Shown: one piece after another, positions 20,064-29,666 of the stretch | Layout of the letters: each line of letters opens with the position of its first letter | Numbering within the stretch: position 1 is the stretch's first letter | Source of the DNA: Candidatus Poribacteria bacterium | Lineage (GTDB): Bacteria > Poribacteria > WGA-4E > WGA-3G | Assembly (NCBI GenBank): GCA_965205025.1 | Contig: CBDBFU010000025.1 | Span: 25,574-89,573 of the forward strand | Direction of reading: 5' to 3' | Length of the DNA stretch: 64,000 nt | Program-made: the position numbers and the translations under genes | The notes under the pieces: generated by a model | Seen by the model: the letters and a program-made list of their open reading frames with translations, nothing else | What the model was told of the DNA's origin: nothing | Databases searched by the model: none

Positions 20064-22035
20064 ATGATCCATCATATTTGCAGACTCTTAGTTCTGTTGA
20101 CATTAGTCTTTCACGTTATTGGGTATGCGGAAAACTCAGAACAAACCCATGTACCTGAAGGAGCTATCGCACGTTTTGGCAAGGGTGGGATAAATCTTAT
20201 TCGGTTTTCACCGGACGGTTCAAAACTGGCTGTTGGAACAGATATTGGACTTTGGGTGTATGATGTCAAGGATGGTGTATCCTCTGGTTTATTTACCCGA
20301 GATATAGGTCAAGTGAATGTCCTGGCATTTTCAAAGGATGGTGGTTTACTGGCAAGTGGTGGAGATGGGAATCCAATTCTTCAGGTTTGGAACATTCATT
20401 CCAACAAAGTCCATTCATCAGTGAATTTACATAAAGGTGAAATGGCATTACGAGCCTTAACATTTCACAACCGACTTATTTACACAATGAGCAGGTCTGC
20501 AGATATGGTCTCCTATAATCCTGATATTGGTGTAAAATTATCTGACAATCGTTTTTATTATAATTACGGTCTCTCGACCTTCTCGGATGATGGAGCTACA
20601 CTTGCAGGTGTAACTCATAATGGTGAGATCCACTTACGTGATGTCAAGACCGGAAAAAAAATTGCACAATTAATTGGCCCTGAAGACACGAAAAAAGAAG
20701 AAATTACTATTCTTTCATTTTCTTCAGATGGGAGGATTCTTGCAGGTGGGAGCGAGGATAAATCAGTACATTTATGGAATACTGTAAAGCATGAAAAGAT
20801 CACACAATTAAAGGGATATAAAGGGTTGATAACGGCAATTGCATTTTCAGATGACAGTAAGACAATTGCAAGTGCAGATGCAAGTAAGGAAATAACCGTG
20901 TGGAATATAGATACTGGTACAAAACAGTGTTCTATCAAAGGTCATAAGAATACCATTAACACCCTAACTTTTTCTCCTTCAACAACACCCGAATACGGAA
21001 TGTGTCTTGCCAGTGGTAGTGCGGATGGAACTATCCGTTTTTGGAATCCAACCGATGGAAATGAACTCACAGTATTCTCAACTGATTATACAGAAATAAT
21101 AAGGGCAGTTGCATTCTCAAACAACTCTACACTTGTTTCAGCATCGTATAATGGTGGTGTAAACATTTGGAATTTGAGCACCTATGACTTAGAGGAAAGT
21201 ATTAAGATAGGGGAAAATGATGCAGTTGGTTTATTAACAATTTCCTCAGATTGCACACTTATTGCAGCACAAGATTCAGAAGAATATCTAAGGTCGACAA
21301 CACACGGTTACGAGATTTCTCGAGAAGCAGATAGAAATAACAATATCGGGTTATGGTCGATTCCAGTTGGCGAAAAAATTGCCGTATTACAGAGAGAACT
21401 AAAACAAGGTGATATAGATATTGCAGAGTTTGCCCCCAACAGTAATATTATTGCCATACCACAATCTGATACTATTTTTGGCTATCATGTTCTCACAGGG
21501 ACTGAATTGTTTAGTTTGAAAACTGAAAGACCGAGTTTCGGTGGTAAATTAGTCTTCTCTCACGATGGAGATTGGATTGCTACGATAGGTCATCACACAC
21601 ATCCACATGTATGGAATTTAGAATCACTTGATGAACCCCCAAGAGTGTCTGAGAAAGTAGGACTTTCTTTAGTCTTCTCACCTGATAGTAACACCCTTGT
21701 TCTGGTTGGGTTTGATGGGATGTACCTATGGAAATTTAAAGCAAATTCCCAAGAGATGCAGACAATCACATTGCAGAAATTTGGTAGTTTAGATCAAACC
21801 ATAGAATTTTCACCTGACGGAACTAAGCTATTGGAGTCTGCGATGAGTTTTGATTACCGAATTAGAATATGGGACATACAAACAGGCAAGATTTTAGATA
21901 CCTTGTCTGTTCATACTGAGTCTGTTACAACCTTGGCTTTCTCACCAGATACAAAGTTATTGGCAAGTGGAAGTTATGATGGAACCGTCTTATTATGGGA
22001 TTGGGAGAAAAATCTCATCGAAACTGAATCAGTAA
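20064..22035 (+). CDS. Secreted WD40-repeat protein (member 7)
   Basis: The ORF track ends it at 22106. Removing one A from the run at 22008-22012 gives WDWEKISSKLNQ* ending at TAA 22033-22035, like the paralogs, and removes the overlap with member 8. Confidence 0.8.
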
Positions 22036-22050
22036 TATATGGATACATTA

Positions 22051-24038
22051 ATGAAAAGTGTATTATTTTCTATATTTCTACTCCTAATTGCGTTATACCA
22101 TCATAGTTATGCTGATTATAATTCTCATATCGGTATTCCTGAGGATGCAATTGCACGCCTTGGTAAGGGTGGAATCAATCTGATGCAGTTCTCACCAGAT
22201 GGCACAAAACTGGCTGTAGGTACAGATGTGGGGATGTGGATATACAATGTGGCAACCGGTCAAGAGACTCCTCTTTTTCCAGTCCACACTGGAGAAGTTA
22301 ATGCGCTTGCTTTTTCGTCAGATGGGAGTAGGCTTGCAAGTGGTGGACGGTATGACTCGGGCCTTCATATATGGAACACAAAATCAAATAAGCTTCTTTC
22401 AACCCATACAAATTGAACAAGCACCTAAATCTTCATCATTGACGATGGCATTTAATCAGAAAACACTTATCAATATAAATAGAAATGGGATAACCTATTG
22501 GGATCAGACAACAGATGATATTAGGTCAGAATTGCTACCCAAATTCACCCAGGAATAGAGTAATGTTATCTAATAACGGTGAAATGATCGCTGTTGTTGA
22601 TAAAGATAGAAAAGTCCATCTATATGATGTTAACACAAGAAAGCGTCTAACTGTTATTGAAGGACATAAAGCCGAGGATGAAACTAAAGTTTTAGCATTA
22701 GTATTTTCCCCTGATGGCAAGTACCTTGCCAGTGGAAGTGAAGATAATACTGTTATAATATATGATATACAGAATAGTATAAAACTTGCGACACTTATAG
22801 GACATTCAGCATGGGTTACCTGCCTTGCGTTCTCAAAGGATGGGAAGACATTAGCCAGTGGAGATGCAAAAAAGGTGATAAAACTCTGGGATATAGAAAA
22901 CATTTAAGGAGAGAGTGTCACTAATAGGACACAATAATACAATCTCTGCTTTGGTCTTCGCACCTATAGCATCAAAAAAATATGGAGGATGTCTGGCAAG
23001 TGGAAGTATAGATGGTACGATACGGTTTTGGAATCCAATTGATGGGAAGGAGATACAAACTTTTGCATCTGGACATATAGAATCAATTAAAGCGTTGGCA
23101 TTTTCTGACACAGACATGACAATATCAACTGGAGCAATTAATGGAACAGTAGACGTGTGGAGTTTACAAACGCACGACATCATAAACACTTTCACTAAGG
23201 GACAATGCGACGCAGTTAATCACATAGCATTCTCACCTACAGGTAAACATTATGTAAGACAGGGTTGGCAAGGATTACTGTGGTATGATTCAATCGGGTT
23301 TATTTATCAAGGAGAATTCTCTTGGAATACTAAAGTCCAATCATGGCATATTGCATCAGGTAAAGAAATACAGAATAATTGGGTAGACGATTTAAGTGGA
23401 TTTGATTATCTCATTTTTTCTCTCCTATCGACAATATTATAGCTGTTACCAATAACAAACACTTAAGAATACATCATCTAAACACAGGTCTTGAGCTTTA
23501 TGAAATTGAAATTAATTCTGATTCAGGGATAAGATCTCCGATTTTCTCACCCGATGGAAAATGGATTGCAACTCGTGGAAGGACTGGTACTGCATATATA
23601 TGGAATGTACAACATCCTAATAGACCGCCATTTGTATCAACAGAGAAAGGAATTTCTATAGTATTCTCACCTGATAGCTCTACACTTGCAATTGGGAGTA
23701 GATCAGGCATCTATTTTTGGAAATTCCGTGTTAAACAAGATTCTGAACCAACCTATATCTCAAATAAAATGAGTGGTGCTCGTAATTTGTTGGCATTTTC
23801 ACCTGACGGCACAATTATCTTAGTAACATCAGATAACTATTTCTCCGTAAAAACAATAAAACTATTGGATGTGGAAACGGGAAAAAGTTTAGGTGAATTA
23901 TCCGGACACACAGAATCTATTACCACTCTTGTGTATTCACATGATGGGAAGATATTAGCAAGTGGTAGTGATGATGGAACTGTTCTGTTATGGGATTGGG
24001 AGAAAATCGTTGGACGTATTAAAGTGGAGAAATTATAA
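22051..24038 (+). pseudogene. WD40-repeat protein (member 8), broken by about four frameshifts (probably sequence errors)
   Basis: Fragments 22039-22416, 22226-22558, 22515-22907, 22915-23442 and 23769-24038 join into one paralog, from MKSVLFS..IPEDAIARLGKG to LLWDWEKIVGRIKVEKL. Confidence 0.75.
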
Positions 24039-24052
24039 CCGAAGACTGTTAC

Positions 24053-24310
24053 CTAATAAATAATGCATGCCCCACCAGTACATACGCTTCCTGACTGTTG
24101 GGTTGCATCACCAGCATTAGATTTTGATTCACCTGCTTCAAATTCAGATATAAGTGATACAGTATTATCAGATGGTTTCGTTATGTTAAATTGAAGTGCA
24201 TCACTTGATGTAAATGCGACTGTACAACCTGAAAGCAATCCTACGAAGAAAAATCCACCTATAAACATTAGTACCATAATACTTCCTATCTTCACGAATC
24301 TATACCTCAA
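24053..24310 (-). CDS. Small lipoprotein with C-terminal CxxxxC tail
   Basis: Lipobox LLSGC after a hydrophobic stretch; ends SVCTGGACIIY; start overlaps the end of the DUF362 gene. Confidence 0.7.
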   Translation of the reverse strand: MRYRFVKIGSIMVLMFIGGFFFVGLLSGCTVAFTSSDALQFNITKPSDNTVSLISEFEAGESKSNAGDATQQSGSVCTGGACIIY

Positions 24311-25412
24311 TTTTAAGTAGATTTACCTGATCAAGTGAATTCATACCTAATTCTAAACTGGCGGCTGATGAAATATGGTTAGCGTATTTCGATATAGACC
24401 CTAATCCCATTTCCTCACGTTTTTGATTTACTGTTTGGAGAATTAATGTATCAAGGATGACTGGATCAGGACCAACAAACATAGATCCGTACTTCCATGT
24501 GCTTTCCTCGTGATATGTGGGACCACGGTCAAAGGATGCTACCAGTCCATCAACGATATTTAATACAACTTTATCCTTAATAATCTTATTCTCAAATATC
24601 TCACCGATAGCAGGATTACAATATAAGGGTTTACCATGGAATCTTCGAGTATTATCAACACTTCCAAAAGCCATGTTCTTTAGACACCCACTCACACCTG
24701 CCATATCGTGTTGCTTTAGAACAGGCACATTTATTACCACATCCACCAAATTAGTTAGAATACGCGAATATCTTGATCGGGTACTCTCATTTTCTCGTCT
24801 TGCAATACTATCTTTCTCTGTTTCATAGAAGACTTCATCATCATACCCAATATCATCTGTATCAGATGCGAAAGTACGTACATCCCCTTCCTCTTTCTTT
24901 ATTGGATAACCTGCATTTAGAAGATGTGCTTCAAACCGATCCCAGATGATAATCTGTTTCCTTAAAACACCTGCGGTAAATAAACTCTCAATGATTTTAT
25001 CGACAATTATGGAGTGTGTGCTTAGATTTGGTCCAGCGAGTGGGTTGATTTTTATTCCAACAATTGCATCAGGTAGAATAAAATCGCGCCATGCCTCTTT
25101 TGCAGTTTCACGTCCTGTCAGTTTCATCATAGCGTTGTCAATCATTTCACCGACAACATCTTCGTTAAGAATATCATCTTCCCAAACGGATTTACCTATG
25201 ACTTCTGCGACTGGGGGTAGAGTTTCCTTTTGCACGGGATCTCTTATCACCCTACCACCAATTTGTCCGAAGGCGGGGAGTGTTGTTAATGCTGCAGTAC
25301 TAAGTATACCCATCTGACCAAGGAATTGGCGACGGTTAAACTTATCTCGTTGTTCTACTGTTTCTTGGCAGTCAAGAAGAATATTATCTACAACTTTGTC
25401 GTTCTTATTCAT
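24300..25412 (-). CDS. DUF362 domain protein with Tat-like signal
   Basis: RRQFLG twin-arginine motif followed by a hydrophobic stretch; VGIKIN, IIIWDR, INVPVLKQH, SGCLKN, DPVILD motifs typical of DUF362. Confidence 0.8.
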   Translation of the reverse strand: MNKNDKVVDNILLDCQETVEQRDKFNRRQFLGQMGILSTAALTTLPAFGQIGGRVIRDPVQKETLPPVAEVIGKSVWEDDILNEDVVGEMIDNAMMKLTGRETAKEAWRDFILPDAIVGIKINPLAGPNLSTHSIIVDKIIESLFTAGVLRKQIIIWDRFEAHLLNAGYPIKKEEGDVRTFASDTDDIGYDDEVFYETEKDSIARRENESTRSRYSRILTNLVDVVINVPVLKQHDMAGVSGCLKNMAFGSVDNTRRFHGKPLYCNPAIGEIFENKIIKDKVVLNIVDGLVASFDRGPTYHEESTWKYGSMFVGPDPVILDTLILQTVNQKREEMGLGSISKYANHISSAASLELGMNSLDQVNLLKIEV

Positions 25413-26292
25413 TGAGTTTATTCAATTCTTCCAATGTCGTTGCGGTTGGCACTCTACCGAACTGTTTATCGAGAGATTTCCAAGCGATTGTTCCATCTGT
25501 ATCAATGATAAACGTTGCAGCTCGTGAAATCTGGTTCAGCGGTTGTTCAAAAATGTTGTATAATGTGGTGGCTACCTTTTTACCATCGGATAATATGATA
25601 TATGTCAGATTATTATTATCGGTTGTTCGTTTTGTTAATCCAATGCCCTCAACACTTATTGCGATTAACTCTGCTCCAGCTGCTTTAATCTCACCATAGT
25701 TTTGTTGCAACTCAACGAGTTGATTAATGCAAGCCCCTCAGCCACCAGTACGATAGAATACAAGAACTACTCTTTTTTCTTCACCGATATAATCAGAGAG
25801 GGAATATAGATCACCGTTCCCATCAGGTAATTCAAAATCTGGTGCTTTTGCGCCAATTTTTAAACCTTCACCTGGAGGTAATTCGGTTGATTGTGGAGGT
25901 AAGTCAAACTCTTCAATTTCAGGAAACTTTTGTTTTGTGAGAATTACTTTTTCTATTGAAACATTTGTTCCTTGAGCTACTACTACTTCCACTTCAAATT
26001 GTTCATACCCGTTAGCAACAAACATAATTTTGTAATTTCCAGCTTCAAGATCTGTGAATTTGAAACTACCTTCCGCAACAGTCTGTCTGATTATTTGACT
26101 ATCTAACAATAGGGTGGCTTGAATCGGAACACCATCAATCAACAGCACCTCTCCTTGAATTGTACCAGATGAAGTTTCAGTTCCAGGAACAACATCTAAT
26201 GAATTGTCTGTATTTCCACAACCTATGATTGTAGAGCAGATTGCAATGATTACAAAGAAGATATATGATTGATTCAATGTGTACCTCCTCAT
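25405..26292 (-). CDS. Probable selenoprotein: lipoprotein + Ig-like domain + AhpC/TSA (redoxin) domain with UGAC motif
   Basis: ORFs 25738..26292 and 25405..25710 are in one frame. TGA at 25738-25740 reads VFYRTGG-U-GACINQLVELQQNY, completing the redoxin fold begun by KAPDFELPDGNG. Lipobox IIGC. Confidence 0.85.
25705..25732 (-). promoter_or_regulatory. SECIS-like hairpin
   Basis: mRNA after UGA: ggggc UUGC auuaau CAACUC-GUU-GAGUUG caa. Apical loop starts with G, 21 nt after the UGA; lower stem UUGC/GCAA. Confidence 0.75.
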
Positions 26293-26334
26293 CTAATTTT
26301 ATTCTATCTGATTATCTCTATAATACATCAATTA

Positions 26335-26470
26335 ATTTATAACAAAGACAAGGTGTTATGGCTGTAGTGCTGTATTTAATAAAACAATGTACTACATAAA
26401 GTTAGAATCTACGTTAACGAGAATGATGCAAACTCACAATATGTAGTACAGTCAGGTTAATGTTATAAAT
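26335..26470. repeat. Nested inverted repeats (MITE-like)
   Basis: ATTTATAACA 26335-44 pairs with TGTTATAAAT 26461-70; TGTACTACATA 26388-98 pairs with TATGTAGTACA 26440-50. Confidence 0.5.
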
Positions 26471-26472
26471 AA

Positions 26473-27573
26473 CTATAGTTTCCCTAATTCTGTCAGGATC
26501 TGTGCGGTAGGTACACGATGGTTTGTTGTTCCAAGAGTTGTCCAAGCAACAGTTCCATCTAATTTAATGACAAAGCCAGATGGACGTGCGATCCTTTTAT
26601 TGTTTGGATCAATTACATTATATGCACCAATCGTTTCTCTTTCAGAATCAGAAAGAACTGGAAACTTTAACTTTCTATTTTCAACAGAATTTTTCGTGGC
26701 TGCTTGATTATCAGAACTAATAGCGATTAATTCTGCGCCTTCAGCTTTAATTTTGTCATAGTTTTGCTGCAACTCAACGAGTTGGTCTAAGCAGAATGGT
26801 CACCACCCACCTCTATAAAATATGACAACGACTTTCTTACTTCCGATAAGATCTTGAAGAGCCAACAAATCACCGTCACCATTGGGAAGTTCAAAAACGG
26901 GTGCTTCACTTCCAATGCTCAAACCTTGACCTGGATCTAATTCCTCAATTACAGGAATTGCTGTGAGGGCTACATCCAATCCATAGGTTTCATTTGCTGC
27001 TATAGGATCAATATTAACTATTCCGTCATTATATCCTTCAAGTGAGACCATTATTGTAAATGCTTGATCAACAGGGAGATTCTCAATTATAAATGTACCA
27101 TCAGCTGTGGTTAAAGTTTCATGCTTTTCACCAGACTTATCTGTTAATTGGACAAGTACACCTGATAATTTATCTCCGGTTTCGGCATCTGTTAGCATAC
27201 CTTTTATGTGTGATACAGGAACGGCTGATTTTACGAGTGAAATTCTATCTAAAGATTTTGTTTCCCCTGCAGTAACAGATGCATTTAATTCTGTCGATTC
27301 ATATCCTTGTGCAGACACTTGAACGGTATAACTACCTGCTTCAAGTTCTTTAAACTCATAACTACCATCTGCTTCAACTTGTGCAACAAGGATTCCATCC
27401 TTTAACAGTCTTACTTGAACTGTAACACCATCAATAGAATCCACTTCCCCCATGAGTGTACTCGGTTCAATTTCGACTTCTGGTGTGGGGTCGACTGGAT
27501 CTTCAGTAGATCCACAACCAAATAAGACCAATATCAAGATTGGTAATATGAGAAACAAATGTAAATGTTTCAT
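26473..27573 (-). CDS. Probable selenoprotein: lipoprotein + two Ig-like domains + AhpC/TSA domain with UPFC motif
   Basis: ORFs 26800..27573 and 26473..26772 are in one frame. TGA at 26800-26802 reads IFYRGGW-U-PFCLDQLVELQQNY, the familiar FYRGxWCPFC motif with U in place of the first C. Lipobox LFGC. Confidence 0.9.
26767..26794 (-). promoter_or_regulatory. SECIS-like hairpin
   Basis: mRNA after UGA: ccauu CUGC uuagac CAACUC-GUU-GAGUUG cag. Same upper stem-loop and spacing as the paralog; lower stem CUGC/GCAG. Confidence 0.75.
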
Positions 27574-27614
27574 GATTTTGTTCCTTTAAATCAATAATTC
27601 TTCATTAAATATAT

Positions 27615-27882
27615 CCCAAGTTGCTACTAACTGATTTTGATCGTTTCAACACAGTTTTTCAGACTCTTTCCTCACCCCAGATGAAGTTAAAGAATTTATT
27701 CGGGTAATTTCCAGTTTCTTGTAGAATCCTGTGCGGTTAGGAAACCGCACCTACCAGCTCTGGGTCCAAATTACCTATTTTATTTTTTTTAACTTCATGA
27801 GGGGTGATATGTCTATAGAAAGGTATATCAACGCCCTGCACTCCAGCGGAGTGCTATATAAGTAAATAGGTGGCAACTTGGG
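27615..27882. mobile_element. Nested MITE/REP-like composite
   Basis: Outer IR CCCAAGTTGC/GCAACTTGGG; inner IR ATGAAGTTAA..GGTAATTT / AAATTACC..TTAACTTCAT; central REP-like hairpin 27731-27755; hairpin GCACTCC-AGC-GGAGTGC 27838-27854. Confidence 0.6.
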
Positions 27883-27917
27883 TTAAATATAATTAATATG
27901 CTTCTGGATCATTATAT

Positions 27918-28706
27918 TTAATAGATAGATTTACTTTTTAAACTACCCCATGAGGTTGCAAGCTTACCTGCTGCCTCAACGGATGTAATTGTAGCTAATC
28001 CATCGTTCATAATGGCGTCTAAATCTGCTTCATCCAATGCAACATCATAGAGCACAACTTCATCAATAATTCCAGTGGTATATCGATCAAAATGTCGACC
28101 TATATGGAATACACCTTCACTATTACCATATCCACTATCGGTAGCATAATCAAGTTCTGCTTCCATTTTGCCATCAACCCATAGACTTGCTTTACCAGTA
28201 TCAGCATTCGCAACACCAGCAATAAAACGCCATGTATCATCGGCAATATCAGTTGTACTTTGTGGTCTATAGCTTGTCCCTGCACTATTTCGTAGGAAGA
28301 AGGTTATCTTCTTGTCTCCACCACCATTCCAGAACATATACCATGGAAGTGCTTGAGATTTGTCTTCATAGTTCTTACCTGCGAGTGAACCTCCGACACT
28401 TGTACCTTTGTAATATACTGTAAGAGAAAAGGATGTACCTGCTTCAAATCCTATGGCATCTGCATGTGGAACTTCGACCCAATTCCCTGCACCATCAAAT
28501 TGTAGTGCTTTTCCAAATTTTCCGTCTACCCATTGTGCTCCGTGAATTGTACCATCGTTTTCATTTTGAGATGAATCGGTTGCAACCTCTCCACTGCCTT
28601 CATCAAACAACCACATTCCTCTGATATTATCATAACCGAATTCTGCATAACTTGAAAGTTGTAGAATAGCAAATAACCCGATGATTGCTATAACTAACCC
28701 CAACAC
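27918..28706 (-). CDS. Secreted LamG/concanavalin A-like domain protein
   Basis: GMWLFDEGSG, GKFGKALQF, GIIDEV; tail KLATSWGSLK. The ATG with a good RBS at 28722 is out of frame by one base, so the true start may be there (indel). Confidence 0.85.
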   Translation of the reverse strand: MLGLVIAIIGLFAILQLSSYAEFGYDNIRGMWLFDEGSGEVATDSSQNENDGTIHGAQWVDGKFGKALQFDGAGNWVEVPHADAIGFEAGTSFSLTVYYKGTSVGGSLAGKNYEDKSQALPWYMFWNGGGDKKITFFLRNSAGTSYRPQSTTDIADDTWRFIAGVANADTGKASLWVDGKMEAELDYATDSGYGNSEGVFHIGRHFDRYTTGIIDEVVLYDVALDEADLDAIMNDGLATITSVEAAGKLATSWGSLKSKSIY

Positions 28707-28733
28707 CTATATATAATCTCATTAAAATCCCCT

Positions 28734-29528
28734 TTATTGAATCTTGACTTTTATTCTACCCCATGTGGTAGTTAATTTTTGTTTTGCGTCAACTGAAGCA
28801 GCCTCTTCAAGTCCGTTATCCATGATTGTATTCATAGCGTCTTCATCTAAAGCAGTATTGAAGAGTCCTACTTCATCAATAATCCCTGATGTATACCTAT
28901 TGTAATGGCGTCCAAAATGTAATACACTTTCAGTTGTCCCGTAGCCATCATTCTTATCGAAATCTACTTCTGCTTCTTGGTTGCCATCTATCCAGATACT
29001 GATTTTCCCGGCTTTTGCGTCTGCTCTTCCAACTACGAAGTGCCACTTATCGTCACCTATCTGACTTGTGCTATCTGCACGAAAACTCTGACTTGCGGAA
29101 TTTCGTAGATATAGTGTTACTTTGTTATCTGCACCACCATTCCATAGCAAAAACCATGGTAATACTTGTGATGTGTCTTCATAACCTTTACCAACAAGCG
29201 CCCCTCCAACTTTTGATCCCTTAAAATATACTGTAATTGTGAAGGAGATACCTTTCTTAAATCCGACTGTATCTGAATGATCAACTGAAACCCATCCATC
29301 TGTACCATTATATTCCAAGGCTTTGCCAAACTTTCCATCTACCCATTTGACACCACCCTCAATTTTTCCATCATTCCCGTTTGTCGAAGAATCTTTGACT
29401 GTATTTCCAGTGCCTTCATTAAAAAGCCACATACCCATGATGGTATCAGGTTCTATGGCTGCGTTCGTAGCGGTAATAAGAAGAAAACATAAACCTACTA
29501 CTAATATACTTATTCGCATTATATTCAT
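28734..29528 (-). CDS. Secreted LamG/concanavalin A-like domain protein
   Basis: Paralog of the neighbour; GMWLFNEGTG, GKFGKAL, GIIDEV; tail KLTTTWGRIK. Confidence 0.88.
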   Translation of the reverse strand: MNIMRISILVVGLCFLLITATNAAIEPDTIMGMWLFNEGTGNTVKDSSTNGNDGKIEGGVKWVDGKFGKALEYNGTDGWVSVDHSDTVGFKKGISFTITVYFKGSKVGGALVGKGYEDTSQVLPWFLLWNGGADNKVTLYLRNSASQSFRADSTSQIGDDKWHFVVGRADAKAGKISIWIDGNQEAEVDFDKNDGYGTTESVLHFGRHYNRYTSGIIDEVGLFNTALDEDAMNTIMDNGLEEAASVDAKQKLTTTWGRIKVKIQ

Positions 29529-29666
29529 AATTCTCTCACTTTTTATAAGATAATAAAGTTGTTTGAATTCGATTATTCGACCAATTAACAGTATATAATT
29601 ACCTAAGAAATTATATCACATATACCCTTATCGGTCAAGGTTTTAAGCCATTAGACCAGCATTATT

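Noticed and set aside
22051-24038. Programmed frameshifting or phase variation in WD40 member 8 and pfkA
   Set aside because: The runs involved are only 3-5 nt, several occur in one gene, and the same pattern hits holB; sequence error is simpler.
25405-26772. ORFs 25405..25710 and 26473..26772 as independent small genes
   Set aside because: They start at TTG inside the redoxin fold and are the in-frame C-terminal halves of the upstream genes.
25738-26802. Genome-wide TGA recoding (Trp or Gly) as the cause of the in-frame TGAs
   Set aside because: TGA is the normal stop of many genes here (13701, 15702, 35529, 41185, 44181), and the two sites align with a catalytic Cys column.
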